A stretch of DNA of 64,000 nt from positions 124,558,001 through 124,622,000 of the forward strand of contig OX597820.1 of the NCBI GenBank assembly GCA_951406725.2, read 5' to 3'. The stretch's first letter is position 1; each line of letters begins with the position of its first letter. Positions 42,762-57,103 of this stretch are shown in pieces. A program made the translations under genes and the position numbers. Under the pieces are notes generated by a model that saw only the letters and a list, made by a program, of their open reading frames with translations, was not told where the DNA came from and made no database searches. Origin of the DNA: Octopus vulgaris (lineage: Eukaryota).

Positions 42762-43155
42762 AGGCGGCGAGCTGACAGAAACGTTAGCACGCCGGGCGAA
42801 ATGCGTAGCCGCATTTCGTCTGCCATTACGTTCTGAGGTCAAATTTTGCCGAGGTCGTCTTTGCCTTTCATCTTTTCAGGGTAGATAAATTAAGTACCAG
42901 TTACGCACTGGGGTCGATATAATCGACTTAATCCGTTTGTCTGTCCTTGTTTGTCCCCTCTGTGTTTAGTCCCATGTGGGCAATAAAGAAATAGGTATTT
43001 CGTATGTCTTTACGTCTGAGTTCAAATTCCACCGAAGTCGACTTTTCCTTTCATCCTTTCGAGGTCGATAAATTAAGTATCAGTTTCGAACTGGGATCGA
43101 TCAAATCGACTGGTTCACTCCCCAAATATTTTGGGCCTTGTGCCTAGAGTAGAAA
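42762..43155 (+). mobile_element. Composite SINE A
   Basis: Full head at 42762. The tail ...aataaagaaata is followed by ggtatttcgtatgtc and a second SINE body ending gggccttgtgcctagagtagaaa. Confidence 0.85.
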
Positions 43156-44124
43156 ATAATATTGCTTATATGTTTAACAGCGTCACCGACTATGCAAGAG
43201 TGACCTTCATTTACTTTCTATCCAAATATTATACAGAATAGTGTCTGGCATAGTAAGTAGTGCCTTTCTCAAATGATTTATGTCCATATGCGTTCTTTGT
43301 TCAAATTCCGCAATACTGTGAAATTAGTTCTCCTCGGGCTGATGAAATAAGAATCAGTGAAGTATTGGGTCGATGTAATTAACTTTGCTCTGAAGTAATG
43401 AACGTAATGCTAAGGCGGAGACAAAACTTACTTGCCAGTGTGTGCGATTGTACGATATACTCCACCATGTTGGAATTAGTTATATCTCTGTCAAACTGCA
43501 TTTTCTCTTCAAACAATAAGGGACAAGGGGTATATGTTAGTCTTCGTTATGATGACTATATTCTATTATTGAACACTAAGATGCAACCTTTCTTTTTTGT
43601 ATGCAAGAAAATGTTTCTGACCTTCCAATTGATCTGATAATATCAATTGTTTGCCTGCTGTTTCTCTCGCTGCTGGGAACTTAGCATGGAAGAACTTAGA
43701 AACCTACTGACACAATAATTTCATTGTATTTCAGATAGCAAATCTTCACAAAACCAGGTCTACGGTGTTTTTCGCTGAAGAAAGCATCGGATAATGTGAA
43801 GAAAGATACACATAGTGTATAGCAAAATGTAGTGGTTGTCACGCGTGGAATGTCTTTGATCATAAAATTGTAAAATCAGGGTAAAACGAAAGCTAAACAG
43901 CAACAAAACGTGAGAAATACTCCTACTCATACTTCTCATTATTCACACCTTCATAATAAAGTGTTTTAAATGTCTGTTTGATTTGCAATTATGTTCCTAT
44001 ACATCGGGGAACGACAAATTAATGTTGTAATATTCAGACACTTCTCCAAGTGACTAGAGTCTTAAACAAATTAAAGTGGAGTTGATATTATGATTATTGT
44101 TATCCATGCTGAGATCTCACATTT

Positions 44125-44561
44125 GGGATCTTTTCGATTTGAACGGCAGTTTTTTCATTTGAAATTGTCACCCATAATAATGTCCCTAATGTTGATCTAT
44201 TGCATTTCGATCTGTTTTAGGTTTTGGGTTAGTTAGGGTTAGTTAGAGTTAGTCAGGGTTAGGGTTAGGGGTGTGTGGAAGGGTATCTTTTTTTTCTTCA
44301 GATATGTAAATAAACTCAATCTGTTTCTTAAACGAGGGACATATTCATACGGCACAGAATGTTTTCACCTCAATAGAGGTATTTGATTGGTTGAAATTGC
44401 AGAAATTGAAGAGAAAAAAAATATCATACAAACTATAGAATTTTTTCAATAAAGCCAAGAGAAAAAGATTTTTATAAACACATTCTACCAGTATACGAAG
44501 TTTAAAATTTTTTACTTACCTAGAAATTGTCAAAAACTGCCGTTCAGACCGAAAAGATCCC
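44125..44561. mobile_element. MITE with about 30-bp TIRs and an internal TTAGGG-like tract
   Basis: GGGATCTTTTCGATTTGAACGGCAGTTTTT ... AAAAACTGCCGTTCAGACCGAAAAGATCCC. (TTAGGG)-like repeats at about 44215-44270. Confidence 0.8.
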
Positions 44562-46759
44562 AGCTTTGTTCAAACAGATTCTAAAATTGAAGGGGACTGG
44601 GTACGAAATTTGCCTTAGATTAAATTTTTTTATGCAGCTTTATTTTATCCATCGAAAAATCCAGTTTCTAAATTTAATCCAAAATTCTTGCTGCTATTTC
44701 AAGCGTCACTGATACAACACCAATTATTCACAATAATTCAGATTCACAGGAGTATATTTTAATGGGTCTGGCAAGGACCGGCAGCACCTGTTCTTTATTT
44801 GATTTTATGCTCTGGTGGTCACGGTGGATATATATATATATATGTATATATATATTAGTGGAATATTTAATCTTTATTCTGGGTAACGTCCAGATATCTT
44901 TTAGTATTGTTGCTGGTTTCTTAGTTTGCCTAATTTTGGGGGGAATTTCTTCCAGGTATTCGGAACATTTCCATAACTCTCAAAAAACGATTGCTCACTT
45001 TTGTTTGATGTCGTTTGTTGTTATTAAATTTTTTCCTCGTGCCTCCTTGAGATTTCTTCTAGGTTCACAAATATATCTTTTTCAAGTTATTTGTTGGAGA
45101 TGCCCTCCACAATCAGAAGAAACTCTGTAAGATCTCTATGCTATCTTTTGTAGGTAATAATGTGTAAGACCATCATATTTAAGTCCTTATTCATATGAGA
45201 GTTGACTTAGTTTCGGGACAATTTTAATTACTCTTCGACGTACTCCGAATACATTTTCAGACGCTATCTTATCAATGCTATTTGCAATATATTAAACATT
45301 TGTTCATCCTAGATGCTAGAAAGAGTCTATGAATACCACCAACCTGTTTACCTCGCATATTTTCTCTTTCAAGTATTCCCCACAAGCTTTTTCCGAATGT
45401 ATTTCCTTCAGATCTTCAATTATTTCTTGTTATCTTTTTATTATTATTTTTTTGGGGGGGTTGAGGGGGGGGGCAGTTATTCTCTCTTATGCTCTTTTCA
45501 CTTATTGTCAGGATTTCAGCATTTTCCTCGTCTCATTATTCCTCTGTTCAAATTAATCAGGTTCACTAGTCTGAAAAATTTTCTCCTGTACTTTTGTGTT
45601 AGTCGCATCGAAGACTAACAGATTCTCATTGACCACTTGACGTAGGTCAGTAATATATATAAGAAGAATCAAAGTATGAGGCAACAACTATTATGGTACA
45701 CTACATCGTGAGGGGCAAAATAAGCAAATGGGGAAAATGGGTAAGTGGGGCAATACGTGTGATTTCTGATTTCTTGTTAATCTTTTATCTTTCTGCTTCA
45801 AACCATTACATTGCAAGTATTCTCTCATCATTTTGTACTGTTGCATCATATTTGGGAGTAGAAATTGGTCATCATAGTTCTTGTTGAAGCTGAGGGTTTG
45901 AAACACAGGTAACAGGTAATTCTTATGAAACTTTTCCTCAGGTTTGACCTCATATTAATTGTTAATAAACTATATGGATAAAGATTGGTGTCTATCAAAC
46001 AAAATCCGTCTCTGTCAATTCTTTCCAAAATTAATACATAATTTGTAGAGACGCAATGGCTCAGTGGTTAGGGCGGCGGACTCGTGGTCATAGGGTCGTA
46101 GTTTCGATTCCCAGACCAGGCGTTCTGAGTGCTTATTGAGCACTTAAAGCTCCACGACGCGCCGGCAGGTGTGGTGGCGATCCTTGCAGTACTTTTTCAC
46201 CACAACTTTCTCTCACTCTTTCTTCCTGTTTCTGTTATACCTATATTTGAAAGGGCCATGCTTGTCACACTCTGTGTCACGCTGAATCTCCCGAGTACTA
46301 CGTTAAGGGTGCGCGTGTCTGTGGAGTGCTCAGCCACTTGCACGTTAACTTCACGAGCAGGCTGTTCCTTTGATTGGATCAACTAGAAACCGCATCGTAG
46401 TAACCGACGGAGTGCCGTAGTAATACCTAATTCGATAATTTTCAATTTTCAAAAGGTGATGTCTTATATGGAGCATAATGAGTAATGACTGATTTTAATA
46501 TTTTCTTCTTTTTAATTGCATGGTGCGTCAATATAATAAGAAGAGATCCCCTCCCGCAGATCCTAATGAAGCAATAAAGAATATTCTATATTCAGATTTT
46601 AGATTTTGTTGAGTTTCGTTAATGTCATATCATGTAACACTTTTCCAGTATCCTCTTTTATTTTACCTAGATAGTTTACATCTTCCGGCATTTCGGAATT
46701 TTCTGATGTCTAGAGATAGATACTTATGGGCATAAGCCTTTTCCCAAAGTAACTCTGCA

Positions 46760-47720
46760 TAGGGGAAGGAACCAGTTTATCGTATTTTATTTAACACATT
46801 TTGTTTTTTATATGCTCAACGAGAACGGGGATAATTTTCTTGAATAATATTCAGAATGTGATATAGTATTTTTAATCCATTTAGAGGCCATTTGGTTAGT
46901 TGGAATAGATTTCTAAAGGTTGTAAACGTTTGTAACGAATCTATCTATCTCTCAAAATCATTACTTATTATGGCCCCCAACCACATTCACCTTGACGCTT
47001 ATCCGTCTAAAACAAATCTTTGAATCCTGTTACTGAAGCAGATTCAGATTCACAAAGAATGCTCAGACAATCTTCGAAATGTTCAACCTCTTAAACAGCC
47101 TTTCCTGTAGTACCGCATAACATGTTTTTACGAAATTGTACAACAAGCTTTATATATGGTACCTTCATCATCCTCGTTCTTTGTTCACTTACCGAATCAG
47201 TTATTAAGTTATATTACTGTTGATACGTCACTGTTAAAACCTACTTGATTATAATGAAAGACAGTTTATACTTACGTTTAATTATCCATTCTTTCACGGT
47301 TGATTTCTAAGTTTTACATTCGACGCAAGAGAGGTTTGCTTCTCGATATTTTCCAGGATTTCGCCTATCTCCAAATTTGCAGATTGAAGTAACGTTAACT
47401 CTTCTCCAGGTCTCGTGTATACCAAGTCTTGCCAATAAAAATCTTTTAAAATTAACTCCAGTTGCTCTAGAAGTAAATCTCCTAGTCGTCTTGATGACCA
47501 ATGGATGCAATTGTTCAGATCAAAATCTTGAATATTTGTTCTTCAATATCATAAACGCTTTCTTAATTTGTAGCTTCATTATCTTCATGCTTTACAGCGC
47601 TGTGAAATGTTTTGTTTCTGCCTTAAATTTTTGCCCATCATGTTTATTTGTATAGGGACTCAAATAATTCCTTTAAATAATATAACTGTATTTCCCTATA
47701 TTGACAGCAATTGTTTATTT
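46760..47720 (-). mobile_element. Old CR1-type LINE RT fragment
   Basis: NVTSICKFGDRRNPGKYREANLSCVECKT resembles VTPIFKKGxxxDPGNYRPISLTCVxCK. The downstream LGAIISND resembles DLGVIISNDL. Confidence 0.6.
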
Positions 47721-48719
47721 CTATGCATCCCTTACACGACCAATTTCCCCAGGGTTTATATTTAGTTTAGCCTTAACATTTATCTCAGAATATTTCACCT
47801 TTCGTCTTTACATTGCAATAATTTGCTGTTTATTCTTTACTATCCACCTAGGATCCTTTCCAACGTAGGTTATAAATTGTGTCGCAAGTATCAGACCCAT
47901 TATATATTAATCTTCCTCTCTGTTATTTTTCTTGGTCATTTCAATAAACCTTCTTTTCGGTGTGTTATCAACCCTGGTGTTCTGACCATTAACAGATAAA
48001 TATTAGTCCTTCGACTATTTACATCACTTCCCTGTAATTTCAAAGAAGCGACGAATTCGTTTATCACTTCTTGCTAGTTGCCCATAAATTTTCCAGTATT
48101 TTCTCCTCATTTTTGCTCTCAGTATACACAATCCAAAGTATATTCTGGAATATTCTCATTTAGGTCTTAGTGTCATTTCTCGTAGAGATGCAATACTTTT
48201 TAACATTCGATTTATTTATTTTAATTTTACTGCATTGCATTTGAAATTAATGTACATCTGGATACATTTTGCTTAATAAAATCGTAACACGCACATCATA
48301 CAATAGTTCTTTATTTTCAGCTATTACTAATCAAATATGCTTCCGTTTACACCTATCCTAAAACTTGTTATCGCGTATATATGCTGTGTGATATATTAGC
48401 AAGCTCCTACGCCGAATTTACATCTAAATACACTGAAATGGTTTTTCAGTCAATGTCCGGCAAATTGAAATTCATTTACAATAATTTATTCTTTCTTCTA
48501 TTTCCTTGCATCCTTTCCAATCTCCTGCAATAATTCCAAAGGAAAAACAATTTTTGTCATCATTGTTACTTTCATGTTTTCTATAGGGTAATTCCAAAAG
48601 CACATCGTTTTACATCTTTTATCTTTTTAACAATTTTCTCGCATTCATGTTTTCCAATTCTAATGGGTGACAGAATATTCCAGGTTTAAACTAAAGTAAC
48701 ATTCCTCTTTTCCAAAGCT

Positions 48720-49230
48720 TATTATTTTTGTAGAATTATAGCCATGACATTAAAAGTTCCAGTCATCATTCGGAAACTAATTTTATTGCATGCAGACATG
48801 TCCATGCTACCGAGCCTTGTTTTAAAAACTTTACTATCATCAGCACATTTAACTTTGACTATATTCTTCCTATTCAATTCCTGGATGCTAAGCCCTCCTT
48901 CGCACAATCACCTTTCTCACAACTAATGAGGTTTCCCTTTCTCTAGTTACATTTGCCGCAAACATAGGCAAACACCACATTTTCTATGTTTTTCCAATTC
49001 ACTTTCAGTATACAGAGTTTAAAAGGATTCCGTCGAACATGGAACAACTTGTAGAATCATTTCGATTTTCATTGCTAGATTTAGCTTCCTCACAAATTTT
49101 TATCCATTGTTTTTCCTCCCTCGTCACCTCATGCGACACTACACCACAAACACGCTACTATCATGGTATTTTGAAGCTTCTGTATTTTCGTTGGTTTCTC
49201 TCCGAAAATACTCATTTAGCATCAAAATAA
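48720..49230 (-). mobile_element. Old CR1-type LINE RT fragment
   Basis: VKVKCADDSKV is a degenerate FADDTK motif. Upstream degraded endonuclease-linker-like sequence. Confidence 0.5.
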
Positions 49231-51133
49231 ACTTGGACTTCTAACATTACAGTTGTTAGCCAGACACTTAAAGAGATAGTCGGATGTTTATTCTTCGATC
49301 GTAAATTTATTGCTTTCTAAATGAACTAAAATAATCATTCTGCACAATGTATACACCAATATAATATAAATATACACACCTCAGTGTACGCAGCTGAAGC
49401 AATAATGAATTGAGATAACTACTTGTGTATCCTATTTAATGCATTCTCACTGCCAAGAAGCCAGTTATTGTAGTATCTCTTTTTTAAGATAACAACTCTT
49501 AAGAATATGCTGTGTTAAAAAACGCAACAAATGTGAGACGAATACCAAAATTTGTCACAGCAGTGGTCAGCTAGGACGCCATATGTGTTTCAGTCTACTA
49601 CGTCCTTTTCAGATGAAAGCTTTCAAGAGATTTCGCCATCTCTGAAATAGGAAAAAGTGAATAAAACATTCAGTGATTTTGGTAAAAGCCACCGGCTGAT
49701 TAAAATTATATTATACACAATTAAGAGCGTATTTAATTAAAATAGTCATCTGTGTATCATGCTGAATGTATATACACTGTCTATAGGACAGTTAATGCAT
49801 TATTTGTCCTGAGATAATGTCTCTTATTAACTTGCTGTTTTGTAAACAAAATGAATGTCAGAGAGAGAGAGAGAGAGAGAGATAAAAAGAGGCAAACAAA
49901 TAGAGAGAGTGAGAAGGAGAAAGATAGAGAAGTAGAGAGATGGTCGAATATGTAGTTCTGTGATTGCTCTTTGTTTGTATTCAAAGTTTCCCTAATGCCA
50001 TTATGAGACTCTTCTCTACACTATCAATAACCCTTCTATCTCTCTCATCCCCACTCCTCATAATCTTTCTTTATCTCCGTTGTCAATGCGTAGAGATACT
50101 CTGTTTTTTTTTAATTTCTTTTTCTCGAGGCCATAGAGGTTTAATATCTTGTATTCCATTTGCTTTCTCGTCTCGCTCTTTTTAATTTTCTCTATCCTTT
50201 GGCATGCCAAAGATAACGTAATTGAAAAAAAAGTTCCAGTATGTCTAGTAATTTTGTACATCCAAATATAAAATGGACACTAAAAGGACCATCATACCAA
50301 TAAATCATCACGTGATGTCATACGTTGTGTTATTACCTAGAAACCTGCCGATTTAGTTTCAGTCCCACACCACAACATTTTGAAGGAGTGTCTTCTGATA
50401 TAGCCCCGAATCAAATTACTAATGTATTATGAATCAACTGCGAAGAGAGAAAACTCATGTAAACCTTTTATTTTCTGCGTAATGTTAGTGTTTTTAGGCA
50501 TGTACTGATTGGTAATAGGACAATTTCGTCAAAATATTCGATTGAGTTACTATAATTTAGATACATGCACCTTTTCTTTACACAGTCAGTAGTTCAAACG
50601 GGAACTTATGGAATGAGTATAACGTATGGGTACACAAATGCATACACACATTATGACACACTATCAAGGCACACTCGTGAACACAGAAACACAGTCGCAC
50701 GCACGCACACACACACACACACACACAATTACAGCACCTTCCCGCAATGTTTAATTTTTCGGGTCCGTGCTCCTAGTCAAACTGGATAGGATTTGCTGTT
50801 CAAGTGTTTGAAATAATACACTAATCGCAGTCTATATTTCTCCTTGGTATATGTGTGTAAGAAAGAAAGAAACAAAGAGAGAGAGAGAGAGAGTGAGACA
50901 GAGAGAGAAAGAGAAAGAAATAGCGAAAGGGAGAGACAGAGACGGAGTGAAACAGAACGAGACAGACAGAATGGGTGAGAAGGAGAATTTCTCTCCTAAA
51001 TACTACAAACATGCTTTGTCTATGAATCTTGAGATAATGAAAGAGAGTTTACCTCACCTGTAGTTGAACGTATCTATCTATGTGTATACTTATCTGTGAG
51101 TAAGCGTGTGGCAAATTGACGATACTTTTAAAC

Positions 51134-51383
51134 CAGTGGTTCTCACCCGGGTACATATGGCCCATAGAGATCCATATAAGAATTTGTTGTTAAAATTTAT
51201 GTACAATATATTGGTTTATAGTTCTACGATAACAAACTTTTTAAAGAAATGATATAATTTTTAATAATATTTCATTATAAATATACCGGAGAATTTGTTT
51301 TATATACATCGAATGGTTGTGGAGGCCCAGTGGAGTGAAATAAGAATCAAAGGAATCCATAGGCAAAAAATTTAGAACCGCTG
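51134..51383. mobile_element. hAT (Charlie/MER5-like) MITE
   Basis: Termini CAGTGGTTCT...AGAACCGCTG, with imperfect 8-bp flanks ttttaaac / ctttagat. Confidence 0.6.
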
Positions 51384-51957
51384 CTTTAGATAGTTGAATA
51401 GTATGCTTACATATTTGTTCCTACCCTCTGTTCTCGAATTTTAAGTCAAACCAAGTTCAAGTTTGTATCCTTCCTTCCGGAATCGAAAAATAATTTGCCC
51501 CTCACACTCTGAAGTTGCTTTCTCTTATGTCTTAATCCTCATGTTTCATTGCTCATCTCTCTCTTCCTCTTTTAGTTAGAATCTCAATGTCCACCTCAGA
51601 GATTCATACTTTTCCACGGAATCGTCTATCTTGTACTCAGAGAAGTGTAATGGGGTGGCCTCTCACACCACACATTTCATTAGAAATAAGGAAGAGTTGA
51701 ACAAATTTGTACAAAACTCTTCTCATATAAAAGCAGATATACATGAAACTTCTTGGTTCTGACTCCCATCCATCTACAAGGCATCACGGGAACATGATTT
51801 TACTATAAGCCAGCAAACTAGTAGCTCGTGAGTTAATTTGGTTAACGGCAACAACAGAATCTTATCTGTATATAGATAAATGCACAGTCACAAACACATA
51901 TAGACATATATACACACATTTATATATACTAAATATTTGTATAGTATGTATGTATCA

Positions 51958-52017
<60 letters not shown>

Positions 52018-52117
52018 GTCTGTCTGTCTGTCTGTCTGTCTGTATATATGTATATGTGTATGTATGTATGTATGTATGTATGTCTGCCTATCTGTCTATC
52101 TATCTATCTATCTATCT

Positions 52118-52910
52118 GGCTGACCTGCCCGAGATGCAGTCAGAGCGACGAAACCATTCTGCACGCACTCGTGTAATGTCCGACAATTTCTGACCTGTGG
52201 GCCTATGTTGAACGACTGCTATCACGTGTAGGACGAGTCGGTTTATCAGCCGAGTCTATCGTTAATATCGCCTAGCCTCCTTCCTTCAAACGGGAAGGAA
52301 GAACTATTTTCATCATACTTGTGGCTATGGGGAAAGAATGTATATGATGGACGTGTCTGAAAGGATTGGAGTCAAACACTTTCCTCTCTGGTCAACCTCT
52401 CATCAACTTTTTCAAGTATCACTTGAAAAGGAAAGTGAAAGTAGAGAGGCAAGATTTGTCTAGTGAATGTTTTAAAAAATGATCGGTGTAGCAAGGATGG
52501 CACGTATGAATGACGAAGCCACCTTGAGCATAATACTATGAGCCCGGAAATTTTAAAACTGAGATTTACCTACTTGCAAACAAATATAGTAACATGTAAC
52601 CTAATTGAACGAGGTTACCGTGGTATTTTTCGTAGGCTTTACTTTCGACGGATAAACTTTACCTGCTTCGTCCTTTACACTTTACACCATAACACTGTGA
52701 TACATGATCCCTACTGATCGTTTTTTCCCCTTTTTTCCCTTTTTGAAAAACATTTATTTATTCATTTATTTATTTTCTTCTTTCCCTTTTACGATCCCTT
52801 TTGATCGAAAACCTAACCAACCTTTTTGTTTTCTCTCCCCCCAAAACAGAAGCTTTACTTTGTAATCTGTCCCGGCAATGTGCAGTCCTGTGTGGCTAAT
52901 AAATAAAGAT
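52118..52910 (+). mobile_element. 5'-truncated Tx1/L1-group LINE (zf-RVT to 3' end) inserted in (ATCT)n
   Basis: [20 protein letters not shown] is the CCHC zf-RVT motif. Pyrimidine-rich 3' UTR ending ...gtcctgtgtggctaataaataaagat, with (ATCT)n on both sides. Confidence 0.8.
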
Positions 52911-52944
52911 ATCTATCTATCTATCCATCTGTCTATGTATCTAT

Positions 52945-54340
52945 GGACGGACGCAAGTGAAATCGGCTCCACGTAATTTGGCTATTTTTACGTGTTAAAA
53001 AGTTTTATTGTTGAATATTTTGTGTGAAAAAATTGTGTAACAATATCCACTTCCAACCTTATTTAATGTTTCCATGTGATTTCGCCCCTCTGTGAGCGAA
53101 ATTTCCAAACGTTTGAAAGCTTATTTCACCTCATTTTAGCGATTTTCGTTTCGAAAATGGCGATTTCAAATCACGTGGCCAGCGCGCAAATCATGAGGAA
53201 TGGTAGCGAGTCGCTAAAAACAACCGATGAACAGTGTCCTAGATTCCCCTACCAAAAGCAAACAATTCACACACATAAAACAAAAGAAAGTAAAAAATTG
53301 GGAAAGGGAAAATGCAGATCACTGCGCAAATGTCGTTGCTTCAATTATTGACAGTGATGGACTGAAAAGGTTAGTTGCTGAGCCTGACAGGTTGAACGCC
53401 GCTGTCACCACAAACACCACCAACAACAACAACAATAACAATAAAACAAATGTCGCAAACCCATCCACCATCACCGCCACTAAAGTTTTTAACTCTGCCG
53501 TCGACTACTACAACTTCTGCTGCTACAACTACCACCTTTGCTACCAATCGTGTATAAAGTCATCAACGCGAAAATACATAGACCAGAACAAGCACCACAG
53601 AAACTGATCGAAAAACGTTGGCGTCCGATATGGGCATGTAAGAATTATGTGAACTTGTGAAAGAGATATGCGACGATACAAGTTCGCTTCAATAAGGAAG
53701 AAAAAACCCCAAAGAACTCTCTACACTCGAAGAAGTAATTTTGATTCCGATATACCTTGGTTAACGTGTGACCAAATTCTCAATCAAAAAGGTTCCTCCG
53801 GATGTAGAGACACGATGGCTGCTGTCCATCATTTGTTACAAAATGGAGAACATAAATATACAAGAGATTGCTGTCTTAGAGGAACAAAATAGGTCCGGAA
53901 AAATTATTCAGTTGCTGATGCAAATAGAGCAAAACTCTATAAATAGCGACCCACACCAAATTGAGCTGTCGGACGGCTATAATCTATACGTAGTGGTAAA
54001 AAGTAGGAGGCCTCGCTGTTACATGTGTGGCAGTGAAGAGCACCTAAATACTACGTGCCTAACAGCGAATGAAGAACAAAAACAACAAGAACAACAACAT
54101 CAACAACAACCACCACAACAAGGAAAAAGTGAAAAAAAAAGAATCCTTATTACCCACACCACCATCAACACAGGAGATACAAAACAAAGGGAGTACGACA
54201 CAAGAAAGACACGAACCAAACCCACCAACACCAACAACTGAGAAGACAACAGCACCTGGAAAGCATCAACAACAACGACAACAAGGACTAAAGAAGCAGA
54301 AAAACCGAAAGAAAACCCCAAAAGCTGATTATTATTATTA
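52945..54340 (+). mobile_element. Tx1/L1-group LINE 5' UTR and degraded ORF1
   Basis: ORF 53768-54241 contains the CCHC knuckle RRPRCYMCGSEEHLNTTC after VPPDVETRWL...LYVVV, followed by a Q/K/T-rich low-complexity tail typical of Tx1 ORF1. Confidence 0.65.
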
Positions 54341-54973
54341 GTTATGTGATGTTGATCTTTGGCGAATGTACAACACATTTCTAATCGCCAGTCACGTATT
54401 GTTCAAGCTTGTTAACTCAACAACGGATTATATAACTTGTAAATGATACAAATTAATGAAGGTCATAAAAGAGTTTCAATTAGGGGTAAAATGGAATGGA
54501 GCCTAAGAAAATAACTGGAATAAATTAAACAGTTACGTTCCTATTTGTGTGGGACATGTTCGGAAATATTTCTGCAGGCCAAGTGACAACATTTCTTATG
54601 AGCTGGAGAATTATGCATTCAAATGTACAAGTAGCTTAATACGATCAAGATGAATCCAAAGAAATGTGAGAGATATTTGACGTAAAATTATGTCCTTGTA
54701 AGATGACACAAAATTAAGTTTTTCTTTAAAATTAAAATATCATAAGTGAGAAAATTGCAACGAAACCCTCATGAGATACGTATGCTACGGAATATTTCAT
54801 CCAGTGAAGGAGGTAATTATAACAGAGTTGCTATTTAATATAGTCATATAAATTAAATTTGATATATGAGAACATCTATGGGCTACGTGAAACGCATATT
54901 GAAAGATTTTAAATGAAATATACCAAGTAGATAACTGGATAACTGAATAATATATTGGACCAAATTCTACTGA

Positions 54974-55025
<52 letters not shown>

Positions 55026-55876
55026 ATATGCCATGTATTTGTATGCGTATCACCTTCCAATTAACCCTCTGTCTGGATATAGAAAAGTAACACACACGCA
55101 AACACACACACACACTCACACGCACCCACACACATACACACACACACCATTGGGACTATGAATTGAGGTGAACGAATGAGACTGGAATATTCAATACTCG
55201 TGGAACATAAATTTCATTTAAACAGAAAGTGTCTTCCCACCTTGCTTTCGGGTTTCAGCAATTTTCAGATGAGAGCTGTAACAGGTTTCTATTTATAATT
55301 GTATTCGTTGGTTTGTATGTAGTCCCATACTTATTTGTCCAACTGATTGCGTTTTACACTAAATAATTGCCTGTTACTTCTCTGTTAAGTTACGTTTTTG
55401 CGTTGTAGTATTTATTTTTCTTCAATTTTTAACGAACAGTCTATTTTGAATAAGTATATTTATATATGAATAATGCTTTAAGTTGAATTCTGTACTACAT
55501 AGCATATTCATATATTTTAGCCCACTAGCCCACATTCTATGTATATATAAACAGATAAAACAAACCCCATGATGTCAATAAAATATATTGAGACAGAGAA
55601 TGTTGAATTAATCAAAATTGTTTAGAGCCTGGTGTCCTGTAAATATCGGCAACTGATACACATCTTTAACTATCCACCTTCATATGATTATGTATAATAT
55701 GGAACTTAAGGCATTAATATTTGAATACCAAAATTTGCATATATTATATATTCTTGGCAGCTACGTTTTAGATATATATCCCTGGATGGTGTACAAATAC
55801 TCTAGTATCATTAATATAGTCAGATACAGAATATATCTATCATCCACTCTCTTCTTACTTTCCACTCACACATAGG

Positions 55877-55945
<69 letters not shown>

Positions 55946-56045
55946 GTGAGTGTGTGTGTGTGTGTGTGTGTTACCAGTGTTCAACATTAAACAGGCACTT
56001 CATCAGACACGCATCGAAGGTGATCTGTCACATATATTTATGTGC

Positions 56046-56086
<41 letters not shown>

Positions 56087-56279
56087 TATATAGATAATGA
56101 AAACATAAATATAAAATTGAACGAAATGTAACAAACGAAAAAATTCGTAGCTAATTCCTCATCAGTGTGCGTCTAAGACTTCAGAACGGTTTCGCGCAGT
56201 TATTTTTGATACCGTTCCATCTTGGTGGCGCCAGTTGCAAAGAGCTACAGAAATTAACATGACAAGGACGAAAACAAAC

Positions 56280-57047
56280 AGTGAGGCCTTGCTCCCAAAT
56301 AACTCTGCTGTCCGGACCAAACATGCGCGACTTCAATTCCACGAAGTCCTTCTATAGAGCATTTGTGGAGGGGAGGTGCAACGACGTTCCCGAGGAGAAT
56401 CTGGCTGTCGACGAGGGACACCTGACCCGCCCGTTCAGGTCAACTTTCGGACGGGGACCTATAGACAATCACTACAAGTCTCTGGCCTGGCAGAGGTATC
56501 GGGAACCATTGTCCGTTCGGAATAAGCTCTACAGATATGGTTCGAGAGACACTAGACCGACATGCCGAGATGCGGTCCGAGCGATGAAACCGTTCTGCAC
56601 GCACTAATGCAGTGTTCGACCATTTCGGACCTGTTGGCTGATATCTAAAAGCTGCTGTCACGTGTGGGACGATTTCATTTGTCGGTCGGGTCTATCGTAA
56701 AAAATTGCCTCGCCATCTTCCCTTAATGTGGAAGGCAAGGCAGTTTTCATCGTACTGGTGGCCATGGTGAAAGAATCTGTGTGGTGGACTAGAGCGAAAG
56801 GTTTAGAGACAAACACTTTCCTTCTGGCCAATCGCTCATCAACTATTTCAAGTACCACTTGAAAAGGAAGGTGAGAATAGACAGGCAAGATTTATCGCAC
56901 GAAAGATTCAATAAAAGGTTGGTATGTAGCAAAGATGGTTTTTGCTCTTTTTTTTTCTATTTTCATATTCTTTTACTCGTTCTGAAAGAAAACCTATACA
57001 CTGTATTTGTCCCCTCTGTGTTCGGCTATATGTGGCTAATAAAGAAA

Positions 57048-57103
<56 letters not shown>

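Noticed and set aside
44215-44270. Interstitial telomere or fusion site
   Set aside because: Only a few degenerate TTAGGG units, and they are internal to a MITE.
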